The notes beneath the pieces were generated by a model, which was not told the DNA's origin, did no database searches, and saw only the letters and a program-made list of their open reading frames with translations. From positions 6,942 through 70,941 of the forward strand of contig JAFGHB010000005.1 in NCBI GenBank assembly GCA_016930255.1: a DNA stretch of 64,000 bases. Reading direction: 5' to 3'. This document shows positions 49,890-59,184 of this stretch, in pieces (the first letter of the stretch is position 1; every line of letters begins with the position of its first letter). The DNA is from Methanomicrobia archaeon. GTDB lineage: Archaea; Halobacteriota; Syntropharchaeia; Alkanophagales; Methanospirareceae. The translations under genes were made by a program, and so were the position numbers.

Positions 49890-49952
49890 AACAAAACAAA
49901 AAATAAAAAAAGAAATAGGTGGTTGTGGAAGAGCTCCACAACCTTTTTTTTG
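49890..49952. terminator. bidirectional terminator hairpin with flanking A- and T-tracts
   Basis: Perfect 9-bp inverted repeat ggttgtgga-agagc-tccacaacc followed by T8. An A-rich tract precedes it, so each strand gets hairpin + U-tract. Lies between convergent tatA and the molybdoenzyme operon. Confidence 0.6.
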
Positions 49953-49957
49953 GTTTC

Positions 49958-50950
49958 TTATAGCCCAAGTCCAGTATAGAATGTTCCTATGTTTGGTAAG
50001 ATGTGCCCCATAGGCACGTTCGTACCGAACATCACTGCTCGTCCCATAAGCTCGCCGATGAGCACAACTACAAACAGAGCAATTGTGATCATCGAAGCCA
50101 TCGCCATGTTCTTCTTCGTCAGTGGCAATGCAAGTACTATGGCGCAGATGAAAGCCAAGCCGACGCCTATTATCCATCGTGCCATGTAGAGCGAGGAGTA
50201 TTCGCCCGATAGCATGCTCGTGAGTGTCTCCTCCTGTGCAACTAGTGCATATTCGGTCTCTGCAGTTTCCAACATGCCAGTATGTACGAAGAGTCCTACG
50301 GCCAGCACAATGATCATCACCAGCGAGAGCCCCATCGTAATCCAGAGCATCCGTGCTAACGGCTCGTCTCCCTCTTTCTTTATCGCATATTTCACCGAAA
50401 GTACTGCTGCCACCGCCGTGACACCGCCAAGCAGCGCGGTAACGTAGAAGAACAGTATCGTCGTTGGATGGTTCAAAGAGGGCAGCGTGTACACCATGTA
50501 CGCAGCCGCACTGATATAGGGGAACACAAGTCCCACAATCGCAGCTAAGACGCCAACAGGCTTTCGAAGCACCATGAGTTTTCCGACTATCGACGGTATC
50601 ACTGGGAACCATTTGAGACTGCCGTATTCCGGCTCAAAGAGCCACATCACCGTATATATCACTGCTAAGATGACAAAAACGGTAAGCACCAGTACTTCTT
50701 GACTCAGCAATGATGAGCTCACGTTTTTCGTCATCGTCATCATCGCTTGGATCGGTCGTGCCTCGTGCGAGAGTATCCCAATCAGGCCGATAACGGCAAC
50801 CGGGACACAGACCCATGCCCCAGTCTCAAAGAACTTCGCCTCGTCCTTGCCCTTTGCGAGGAAATCCGCGATGACCATTGCGATCAATGCACCCACTGAC
50901 ATCTGACTGAACACCGTGAAGATCACGTATGAAGTAACTGCACTACTCAT
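49958..50950 (-). CDS. NrfD/PsrC/DmsC-type integral membrane anchor subunit
   Basis: 330 aa; 8-9 TM segments, no heme-b His pattern; last gene of the molybdoenzyme operon. Confidence 0.6.
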   Translation of the reverse strand: MSSAVTSYVIFTVFSQMSVGALIAMVIADFLAKGKDEAKFFETGAWVCVPVAVIGLIGILSHEARPIQAMMTMTKNVSSSLLSQEVLVLTVFVILAVIYTVMWLFEPEYGSLKWFPVIPSIVGKLMVLRKPVGVLAAIVGLVFPYISAAAYMVYTLPSLNHPTTILFFYVTALLGGVTAVAAVLSVKYAIKKEGDEPLARMLWITMGLSLVMIIVLAVGLFVHTGMLETAETEYALVAQEETLTSMLSGEYSSLYMARWIIGVGLAFICAIVLALPLTKKNMAMASMITIALFVVVLIGELMGRAVMFGTNVPMGHILPNIGTFYTGLGL

Positions 50951-50967
50951 TGTTCTCTATTCCTCCA

Positions 50968-51507
50968 TTACACGCGCTCTTGCCAGGCCATTATGTTCCG
51001 AGACTTCGCTTCCCTATACTGAGACATTATTTCGTTTATATCGCCTCCAAGACGGGCCTTCGTCGAGCAGAACAGTGCACACCGTGGGCTTGGTTCTCTA
51101 TCGCTGGCTACCGGCACAAACGGCTGTACGCATAAGGTGCACTTGTCCATTATCCCTTCGTATTCCGCAGCCGCACCCTCCAGCTCATGCGGATATTGTG
51201 GTGCGCCAAATGGGCATGCCCACCCGCAATAGCCACAGCCGATGCACTTGTCCTTGTCCATCAGAACAATACCGTCCTCGTCTCGCTTCTCTATCGCCTT
51301 CACCGGACACGCAGCCTCACAGGGAGGATCCGTGCAGTGCATGCAGGATACTGGTATGTTCTTCTCGCCCGGTCGCCCCGCGTTAATCGTCACAACCTTC
51401 ACTCGGGCTGTTCCGTGAGGAACCTTGTTCTGGTCCTTGCAGATCGCAAAGCACGCTCCACAGTTTATGCACTTCTCAATTACGTTCAGGAATTTATAGG
51501 TTACCAT
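50968..51507 (-). CDS. 4x[4Fe-4S] electron-transfer subunit (DmsB/PsrB/FdhB-like)
   Basis: 179 aa; CINCGAC..C, CMHCTDPPCEAACP, CIGCGYCGWACP, CTLC motifs. Confidence 0.75.
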   Translation of the reverse strand: MVTYKFLNVIEKCINCGACFAICKDQNKVPHGTARVKVVTINAGRPGEKNIPVSCMHCTDPPCEAACPVKAIEKRDEDGIVLMDKDKCIGCGYCGWACPFGAPQYPHELEGAAAEYEGIMDKCTLCVQPFVPVASDREPSPRCALFCSTKARLGGDINEIMSQYREAKSRNIMAWQERV

Positions 51508-51520
51508 TTTTCATTGCCTC

Positions 51521-54334
51521 CTACGCTTTGTACACCTTGCAAAGGCACGCTTTCGTCTCTTGCATGTTTGTCGACCTGTCGTATGCGTCCACACAGATGA
51601 TGTTAACGGAATCACCAAGTGCGAGTTCCGCGGTTCCAGGTGGGTATCTATCCTCATACGACACACCTTCAAACCAGCCGGCCCAGTGGTACGGACAGAA
51701 TATGGTCTGGTCGTTCACACGCTCCGTTACGTTCGCTCTCACTTTGATCCGTCCTCTCAGCGTCTCGACCCAGACGTAGTCCCAATGAGTGATACCGAGC
51801 TCCAGTGCTTTACTCGGGTTGATCTCAGCGTACATTTCAGGTTGTAGCTCCACCAGGTATTCACATGATCGCGTCTCCGCGCCGCCACCCATGTGCTCGA
51901 CCTGTCGTCCGGTCGTAAGAATGAGTGGGTAGTCATTCACCAGGTTCTTCCGCTGTTCCTGGATCGTCTTGTAAAGACACGGTGTCCGGTAGTGGTCCGC
52001 AACATCGTCATATGTCGGATATTTTGCAATCAGGTCAGGTCGTGGGCTCTCGATCGGCTCTCGGTGTATGGGAACTGGATCAGGCAGGTTCCACGCTCTG
52101 AATCGTGCTCTTCCTGCTCCTGACGGGCAGATATTCTGGTCCAGCAGTGACTTGAAATCAGCATCGATTTCTGTCTTCCAGCCGGGGCCGTCAGTACCAT
52201 CAGAGTTCTTCTCGTCGTAGCCTGGTCCGATGTATGAAGCACCTAACTGGCTCTCGCCATCGTCCGATACCGGATTTCCGGGTGTCGAATCCGCGCCTCT
52301 GAATCTCGGTCTAAATTCGTTGCCGCCTTCCCAGATCGGGATATCATTCCGGTACAAGATCGGTGTGCCAGGATGTTCATCGTTCCAGCAGGGCCATGGC
52401 AGTCCCCAGAATTCACCTTTCACCGGGCCACTCTTCGCCTGGCAATCCTCACAATCGAAGACGCTACACTCGGTAATACACTGCGTTTGCTGTCGCTTGA
52501 GCCGCTCTGGCGACTGGCGCATCATGATCACGTTAGCCCCAAGATTGATCTCCCTGAGCACGTCCTCCGGGTATTCGTTATAGGTGAAGTGCTCAGCGAA
52601 CCCAAGCCGGGTTGCAAGCTCCTTTATGATCCACCAATCAGGCTTGCTGTCGTAAAGGGGCTCCACGATCTTGTTTCGCCACTGCACCTGTCGCGCACTG
52701 TTCGAAACGCTTCCGGTTTCCTCGAATTGCGTTGCTGCAGGCAGTACGATGATCCCATCGGGTCGGTCCGCAAGTGAAGAAGCAATCGTCGCATGCGGGT
52801 CAACGCCAACGAGTAATTCGACCTTTTCCATCGCCAACTTCATCCGCTTCATCTCGGTGATCGAGTTCAGCGAATGGCCCCAGACAAACGCCATCTTGAT
52901 CGGGTTTGGCTGATTGATCGGGAATTCTTCATTGAGCACGCCTTCGTACCATCGTGAGACCGTTATTCCGTTATAGTTCATCATCGCCTTGCCATTGTGC
53001 TCCGCGAACTTCGCCTTCATCTCCTCGAAGGTTATTGGTGCATGCCTGTTCCAGACGCCGATCCAGTGCTTCCACGAGTTATCGTCGAGTCCATAGTATG
53101 CGGGCAGCCAGTGCGAAAGCACGCACATGTCAGTTGCGCCCTGCACGTTATCGTGGCCTCTGAACGCATTCGTTCCACCACCGGGTCTGCCGACATAGCC
53201 CATAAGCATCGAGAGGCAAGCCATTGCCCTGATGTTATTCGTGCCCACGGTGTGCTGTGTCGCGCCCATCGCCCAGCAGATACAATTAGCGTACCCTTCA
53301 CCGCGCGGTGGGAATGCCCAGTCTTGCGCGAGCTGTCGTATGGTAGCTGCAGGAACCCACGTAATGTCCTCCACAACTTCCGGGGTGTAGTCCTTTACGA
53401 CGTCCCACCATTTAGCAAACCCGTATGTCCTCTTTTCTATGAAATCCGTGTTGTGCCAGCCATTATTCACGATTACGTTCGCTACTCCCCATAGCAATGG
53501 AATATCCGTTCCAGACCTGAACCGCACGTACATATCTGCCGCTGCGGCAGACTTGGTGAAGCGCGGGTCACACACGATGAACTTTGCACCTCGCTTCTTC
53601 GCTTCGAGGATGTGCAACATCGCAACAGGATGCGAGTTGGCTGCGTTCTCACCGAAGAACAGAACGACCCCTGAGTTGCGCATGTCGTTCCACGGGTTGG
53701 TCATCGCACCATAACTCCACGTGTTCGCCAAACCGCCAACCGTTGTGGAATGGCATATCCGCGCCTGATGGTCTACGTTGTTCGTGCCGTTAAAGGCTGC
53801 GAATTTCCTGAATAAGTAGCACTCTTCATTGCTCGTCTTGGCAGATCCCATGTAAAAGATCGAATCGGGCCCGTAATTCGCCTTGATCTCCTTCATCTTG
53901 TCGGCGATCTTATCCAGGGCTGCGGTCCACGAGATCTCCTTCCACTGGCCCCCGACTTTCTCCATCGGTGTTCTCAGTCTGGTCGATGAGTTGAGTATCT
54001 CTGCTATCGATGTGCCCTTAGAACACATCGAGCCGCGATTTATCGGGTTCTCTAACCACGGTTCAAGACCGATGCATACACCATCCTTTATTTTACCATG
54101 GAATCCACATCCCACTGCACAGTGAGAACAGGTGGATTTCACGAGCGTCACACCGGCTTCTTCAGGAGCTGCCACTGCAGGTTCAATCAAATCACCGAGC
54201 TTGGAAGGATATGCACTGACGCCGCTGATACCACTCAGAGCTGCTGCAGTCCCTAAGGCACTCAGTTTTGTGAACGTCCGCCTTGACATCCTGATACCGC
54301 TATTTTTACCTATAGATTTTGTTCTTGCCGCCAT
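51521..54334 (-). CDS. Tat-exported molybdopterin (MopB-family) oxidoreductase catalytic subunit, formate-dehydrogenase-like with Cys ligand
   Basis: 937 aa; twin-arginine signal MSRRTFTKLSALGTAAALSG; N-terminal [4Fe-4S] motif CSHCAVGCG. HQARICHSTTVGGL aligns with the FDH active-site block HxARV(U/C)HGPTV, with Cys in the ligand position. SD-like GAGGUGA lies 5 nt before the ATG. Confidence 0.65.
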   Translation of the reverse strand: MAARTKSIGKNSGIRMSRRTFTKLSALGTAAALSGISGVSAYPSKLGDLIEPAVAAPEEAGVTLVKSTCSHCAVGCGFHGKIKDGVCIGLEPWLENPINRGSMCSKGTSIAEILNSSTRLRTPMEKVGGQWKEISWTAALDKIADKMKEIKANYGPDSIFYMGSAKTSNEECYLFRKFAAFNGTNNVDHQARICHSTTVGGLANTWSYGAMTNPWNDMRNSGVVLFFGENAANSHPVAMLHILEAKKRGAKFIVCDPRFTKSAAAADMYVRFRSGTDIPLLWGVANVIVNNGWHNTDFIEKRTYGFAKWWDVVKDYTPEVVEDITWVPAATIRQLAQDWAFPPRGEGYANCICWAMGATQHTVGTNNIRAMACLSMLMGYVGRPGGGTNAFRGHDNVQGATDMCVLSHWLPAYYGLDDNSWKHWIGVWNRHAPITFEEMKAKFAEHNGKAMMNYNGITVSRWYEGVLNEEFPINQPNPIKMAFVWGHSLNSITEMKRMKLAMEKVELLVGVDPHATIASSLADRPDGIIVLPAATQFEETGSVSNSARQVQWRNKIVEPLYDSKPDWWIIKELATRLGFAEHFTYNEYPEDVLREINLGANVIMMRQSPERLKRQQTQCITECSVFDCEDCQAKSGPVKGEFWGLPWPCWNDEHPGTPILYRNDIPIWEGGNEFRPRFRGADSTPGNPVSDDGESQLGASYIGPGYDEKNSDGTDGPGWKTEIDADFKSLLDQNICPSGAGRARFRAWNLPDPVPIHREPIESPRPDLIAKYPTYDDVADHYRTPCLYKTIQEQRKNLVNDYPLILTTGRQVEHMGGGAETRSCEYLVELQPEMYAEINPSKALELGITHWDYVWVETLRGRIKVRANVTERVNDQTIFCPYHWAGWFEGVSYEDRYPPGTAELALGDSVNIICVDAYDRSTNMQETKACLCKVYKA

Positions 54335-54392
54335 TATTTCACCTCTTTCTACTTCTATTTTACCTCCTCTAGTTGTAACTCGATACCTCTAC

Positions 54393-54412
54393 TATATATA
54401 AAAGCTTTTCGG
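54393..54412 (-). promoter_or_regulatory. BRE/TATA promoter of the molybdoenzyme operon
   Basis: Minus strand reads cGAAAAGC-TTTTATATATAG ~60-70 nt upstream of the ATG at 54334. Confidence 0.5.
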
Positions 54413-54812
54413 TTTTGACAGCCTTGTTCAAAACTAAGAACGTGCAGAGATCGATGGATTGTCACGGTATGCTGTATAGAACTATTCCTAGATCTGCATA
54501 TGAGATGGAGAATCTGACCTTGAAAGTAACTTGGTAACTAGCTGCTTCCTCGTTTCTGCCTCCAACACTCTAAAGATCACTGAAAAAAATCCAAACTGAC
54601 TTACATCTGGGCACGTAGATGAAGTGTCATGAGCGAAGAAGAGCTGACGGGGATTTAAACGTAACCTTTTCAAACAAGAGTGAAGAGAAGAAAGAGCGTT
54701 CCGCTTTTACCTCGTACTTCTCAACAGCAGATACGCCACCGCTAATAAGCCACTCGAAGCGAAAATCGCTTCGTAGCTTGGAGCCCCCGTCATAGGTGTA
54801 GGGCTAGAGCGG

Positions 54813-55343
54813 TTAGGTACTCGTACTTCTCAGTGTTTGTACTGCCTGCTCCAAATCCCCCTGCAGCCTTTTAAGCACTGCAACGGGTGTTGATGGTACC
54901 AATCCCAACGCATCAATTTCCCTAAAGTGGTTCGCAGCACTACTGATATAACCGGCCGCTGTTTCCAGATCATCAGGATCGTACTCCATTGCCCCCGACT
55001 CGATATATTCACAGCCCACTTTGAAATTCTCCAGTGCTAACGTCAAATGACTTTTTACCGGTTGCATCTCTGAAGAAACCTCGGAGCCCTCTAATTCCTC
55101 CAATGCCAGCGTAGCAATATCATAGCCACTCCGTGCCCCAGCCTCACACGTGGTACAGTCGAAATTCTCAATAGCAGAGGCCATAGTTGTCGCAGCGCTT
55201 TCGAGTTCAGTCATCGTAGCGCTATACCACTCCTCGAATTCGCGATCGTCCATGGATTGCTTTGAAATGCATGCAAGTGAAAATACTATCAAAACGAGAA
55301 GTAAAGCCGTAGCGAGATATCCAAAAAACTTTGCTTTTCTCAT
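54813..55343 (-). CDS. hypothetical lipoprotein
   Basis: 176 aa; signal peptide with lipobox (LAC); acidic helical mature part. Confidence 0.5.
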   Translation of the reverse strand: MRKAKFFGYLATALLLVLIVFSLACISKQSMDDREFEEWYSATMTELESAATTMASAIENFDCTTCEAGARSGYDIATLALEELEGSEVSSEMQPVKSHLTLALENFKVGCEYIESGAMEYDPDDLETAAGYISSAANHFREIDALGLVPSTPVAVLKRLQGDLEQAVQTLRSTST

Positions 55344-55466
55344 TTTTCACCTCCTTACAGTTAAGAAACTGCTTCCTGCTATAAAAAAGGGCAGCTTGTA
55401 GCGAGCAAATGATAAAAGTAGGGACCCTGAATGAAGGGAGTGAGTCAGACATAAGTTTATATAGCC

Positions 55467-55892
55467 GTGATAGCATCCCATTCATTACGCGAGGAAATGA
55501 TAGATCAAGAAAAGAAGAGAAGGAAGAAGGAACTAACCGAGCTGCTTGAACGAGAGGCACTCTTTCTTGAAATTACACGAAAATTGCACGGACGAGTACA
55601 GAATGTCTTTGCTCCTCGGCCAGAATCGGTCGATACATTAGCTGAGGAACTCAAAGCCTGTGAAACTGACATTGTCAAGCGCTATTTCTTCCCAGTCGAC
55701 AAAACGATAGATACGTTTACCGATAAACCCTCCATTGCCCGTGAGGACCTGATTAAAGCAAGTGAAGAAGACCGACAGACGCTTCTCCGGTTTCTCGATG
55801 TCCTTGATAAGGCGGTTATGATTAAGGATGAGGAGATCACCGAATCAAAAAAGGAGATGAAAACAATCCGTGAACTACTTACGGACTCGTAA
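55467..55892 (+). CDS. hypothetical charged helical protein
   Basis: 141 aa; no recognisable domain. Confidence 0.35.
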   Translation: MIASHSLREEMIDQEKKRRKKELTELLEREALFLEITRKLHGRVQNVFAPRPESVDTLAEELKACETDIVKRYFFPVDKTIDTFTDKPSIAREDLIKASEEDRQTLLRFLDVLDKAVMIKDEEITESKKEMKTIRELLTDS

Positions 55893-56058
55893 GACCTAAC
55901 GTGAAGGGCTCCTAAAGAACCCGCCCCAAATCCCGTAGAAGACAATTCAGGTCTATTTGCAAAGAGCGTCTTATAAAACCCTCAACGCCCCATACCTTGT
56001 TTGCGAGGGATATGGATAAATAAGAGAGGAGGCTTTTTATTTTATTTATTATAGAGAA

Positions 56059-57363
56059 ATGAAAAATCCTTACGAGCTGAGCGTTAGACTCATGTGCGAC
56101 AAAGCGGGAGAGAGAAGGAAGTTTGCAGCCCCTAAATTACCGCTAGGAATTGCTCTCTTTATTCTCTCACTCATCCTTATTTCCGGTATTGTAACTGCGA
56201 CCATTCCTCCTGTCGCTCGAGCTGCTAGTATTGCGCCACCGTTTAACCTTACAAGCATCGACGGCACGGATTTCAGTCTCAGTGATTACCGGGGAACGGT
56301 TGTGGTATTAGACTTAATGGCAAGCTGGTGCCAGGTATGCCCCCATGAAATGCCAGAACTCTCTACATTGAGAGAAGAACGCAGTGATGTCGTCATAATG
56401 ACCATATCTGTCGACCCCCTCGAGCAAGAGGAAAATTTAAGGAGCTTTAGAGAGACCTACGCCAGCAATGCAGACTGGCTTTTTGCGCGCGATACCGACA
56501 AAGTTTGGGATAAATATAGGGCCCTCTCTCTACCAATGATCGTGATAATAGACCCCGAAGGGTACATAAGCTTCCAGAAGGCTGGCCTTGTTCCAGCACA
56601 AGAACTTATAGCTGAGGTCGAACGAGCGTACGCCGGAGGGGGGGTTGAAGAGCCGGAGGAACCAGAAGAGCCCGAGGGGCCGTCGTCTACCATTCTGGGC
56701 TTGTACGTTTTAGCGTTGTTGACCGGCCTTTTGAGCTTCTTTGCTCCCTGTGCGTTTCCGTTGCTCCCGGGCTATATCAGCTACTACTTTGGCAGATACG
56801 AGGGGGGGCCAACGCTGAGCGGCTCAGTGAAAGCGGGAATAGCTTCCGCAACGGGGATAAATGGCATGTTCGCCTTAATAGGCGCTGCAGTGGCGGTAGG
56901 CGGTGTCGCGGTTAAACCGTATGTTACGTATTTCACACCCGTGGTTGGCGTTGTTATCGTTTTCCTGGGGCTCTCGATGGTCTTTGGCAGGGCAGAAATC
57001 TTCGAGCGATTCGGCGGGGTGCTCTCTTCCTACTCGTCGAAATTAGGCGGGAGGGCTCGGTACTCGGGACTCTTTTTGTACGGCGTTGGCTATGGGCTTG
57101 CCGCCATGGGCTGTCAAGCCCCGGTCTTCATTGCGCTTATTTTCGCTGGCTTAGCCACGGGCGGCGTTTTAGAGGCTTTCCTCGTATTCCTCTCATTTTC
57201 GATCGGAATGGGATGTATGATGATTACCGTCAGTGTAATCGTGGGAACGGCGAAGATGAAGCTCCTGGAACGCATGAGAGCTTTGACACCCTACCTCAAC
57301 CGAGCGTGCGGCGTCATACTTGTCATCGTTGGGGTCTACTTCTTATGGGAATACCTGATATAA
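56059..57363 (+). CDS. membrane-anchored thioredoxin-like (TlpA/redoxin, WCQVC) domain fused to CcdA/DsbD-type thiol-disulfide transporter
   Basis: 434 aa; N-terminal TM; redoxin domain with CxxC; Pro/Glu linker (EEPEEPEEPEGP); then 6 TM segments with the CcdA signature FFAPCAFPLLPGYISYY and a second conserved Cys region. Confidence 0.7.
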   Translation: MKNPYELSVRLMCDKAGERRKFAAPKLPLGIALFILSLILISGIVTATIPPVARAASIAPPFNLTSIDGTDFSLSDYRGTVVVLDLMASWCQVCPHEMPELSTLREERSDVVIMTISVDPLEQEENLRSFRETYASNADWLFARDTDKVWDKYRALSLPMIVIIDPEGYISFQKAGLVPAQELIAEVERAYAGGGVEEPEEPEEPEGPSSTILGLYVLALLTGLLSFFAPCAFPLLPGYISYYFGRYEGGPTLSGSVKAGIASATGINGMFALIGAAVAVGGVAVKPYVTYFTPVVGVVIVFLGLSMVFGRAEIFERFGGVLSSYSSKLGGRARYSGLFLYGVGYGLAAMGCQAPVFIALIFAGLATGGVLEAFLVFLSFSIGMGCMMITVSVIVGTAKMKLLERMRALTPYLNRACGVILVIVGVYFLWEYLI

Positions 57364-57491
57364 CAACGCGTATCGTGATGGATTAGATTAAAGTCAAGGA
57401 GAGAGGGGACGCTACGCTGCGACCAGCATGCCCCAAAAAGTTGGTGATTGATAGAAAAATTTATATGGTATGAGACTCGATAGCATAGCAG

Positions 57492-58532
57492 GTGAGTATA
57501 AAAATGCTGAAAAAGAAGATCGGCTCTGGGACGGTTGTAGTTTCGCTCCTGCTTCTATCACTCCTCTTCTCCAGTCTCGCATCGGCAGCGCGTATCGACA
57601 TATCGGTGGATGAGGTGTATAACATGCTACAGGAAAATCCTGATGATATTATTCTGCTGGATACCAGACCCGAGTCAATCTATAATTCTGAGCACATAAC
57701 GGGGCCGAATTATCATGTCGTGAACATACCACTGAGTGTCGATACGACCGTTTTTGAAAGCGGTATCGAGGAATTGGACAAGTCGAAAATTGTTATCGCG
57801 TACTGCCAGGCGGGTCGTGCGAGTCAAGTGGCCGGCGATTTACTCGTCCAGCACGGCTTCGAGCGCGTGTATACGATGATTGGGGGGATCAATGCATGGA
57901 AAGAGAAATATCCCACAACGCTCACACCGCCAACGTCAACCAAGGCACCAACAGGGGCCATTGCGGCACCTCCGTTTACGCTTACAAGCATAGATGGAAC
58001 GACGTTCAGCATCGAGGAGTACCGAGGAAAGGTCGTCGTATTGACACTGATTCTAACGACTTGCCATCTATGCCAAGAAGAGATGGGGGAACTCGTACAG
58101 TTACGACAAGCGTATCCCGACGTCGCTATTATAACCGTGTCTATAGATCCGATGGAGACCGATGAGAATCTGAAGAACTTTAAAGAGCAATATAACGCTG
58201 ATTGGCTATTCGCACGGGATACCAACAATATTGCTTCGCGGTATCAGGGCTACGTTTTGGCCACGCCAACTATTGTGATTATCACGCCTGAAGGGTACAT
58301 AAGCTTCCGGAAAGTAGAAGTTGTCCCGTTAGAAGACCTGAAGTCTGCAATTGAGAGTGCTTACCAAGAAGAGGGGGAGCTGATACCGACACCAACACCT
58401 GCTCCAGAGGATGGGCAGATTCCCGGCTTTGAAGCTACGGCGGCAGTACTGATCATTGGCATCCTCGTGCTGGTGCAGCGGCGCGCAAAAGGGAGAAGGC
58501 GGCTTTGCTCCAGAAGTCGCTTCTGCTCCTAA
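57492..58532 (+). CDS. secreted rhodanese-domain + thioredoxin-like (CHLC) protein with PGF-CTERM archaeosortase anchor
   Basis: 346 aa; signal peptide; rhodanese active-site loop (IAYCQAGRAS); a redoxin domain ~45% identical to that of 56059..57363. Thr/Pro linker, then PGF + TM + RRAKGRRR. The stop codon lies inside a TGCTCCTAAAGTC repeat. Confidence 0.7.
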   Translation: MSIKMLKKKIGSGTVVVSLLLLSLLFSSLASAARIDISVDEVYNMLQENPDDIILLDTRPESIYNSEHITGPNYHVVNIPLSVDTTVFESGIEELDKSKIVIAYCQAGRASQVAGDLLVQHGFERVYTMIGGINAWKEKYPTTLTPPTSTKAPTGAIAAPPFTLTSIDGTTFSIEEYRGKVVVLTLILTTCHLCQEEMGELVQLRQAYPDVAIITVSIDPMETDENLKNFKEQYNADWLFARDTNNIASRYQGYVLATPTIVIITPEGYISFRKVEVVPLEDLKSAIESAYQEEGELIPTPTPAPEDGQIPGFEATAAVLIIGILVLVQRRAKGRRRLCSRSRFCS

Positions 58533-58573
58533 AGTCGGATGGTTGCTCCCAAAGTTCTCCAAAGTTTAAGACA
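58523..58573. repeat. left array of degenerate TGCTNNTAAAGTC-type direct repeats
   Basis: tgctcctaaagtcgg / tgctcccaaagttc / tccaaagtttaag; overlaps the 3' end of the PGF-CTERM gene. Confidence 0.55.
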
Positions 58574-58665
58574 TTATGGGCAAAAATTTCCACCAAAAAA
58601 TTAATAAATTGTTAGATGAAGTAAGGTAGCTGGCAAAAATAGAAAACCTTTTAACCGTTTATGGC

Positions 58666-59184
58666 TTGAATAAGAGCATGCAGGTAATATACGTTGATAC
58701 CTATTACTTTCAAGGCTATCTGTGGGGGGAGGAGGGTACCGACGAAAAAGAGGACGCAACAGAGAATTTAAATAAATTAAAATATGAAGTAGGTAAATAC
58801 GGCATTAAAGTCAAGATACCTTTCATCGTTCTCGGCGAATTGACGAATAACCTTATAAAAGAAGAGTTCGAGAGAACTAGAACAGAGGGCATTATGCAGG
58901 ATTTCTTTCGGTTGCGGAAAGATCTAGACGCAGATATTGTACCCCCTGATAGAAAATGCTATTTTAAAACCCAAACATTAATTAAGGAAGATAGTCGATT
59001 GATCGAAAGAGATCCGACTGATTGTTTAATAGCCTTGTGTGCCCTTTGTGATCCTTATTCAACATATCTTTTGATGCCTGATACTAGTATTATAGGTGCA
59101 CACTCATTGACAAAGATTGAAAAGGATATGCGAGAAAATGGAGAGAGAAATGAAAAACTGCACATTACCTATAGCTATGTTTAA
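58666..59184 (+). CDS. PIN-domain-like putative nuclease (hypothetical)
   Basis: 172 aa; candidate PIN acidic positions (IYVDTYYF; FIVLGE; DPTDCLIALCAL); AT-rich gene. Confidence 0.35.
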   Translation: MNKSMQVIYVDTYYFQGYLWGEEGTDEKEDATENLNKLKYEVGKYGIKVKIPFIVLGELTNNLIKEEFERTRTEGIMQDFFRLRKDLDADIVPPDRKCYFKTQTLIKEDSRLIERDPTDCLIALCALCDPYSTYLLMPDTSIIGAHSLTKIEKDMRENGERNEKLHITYSYV

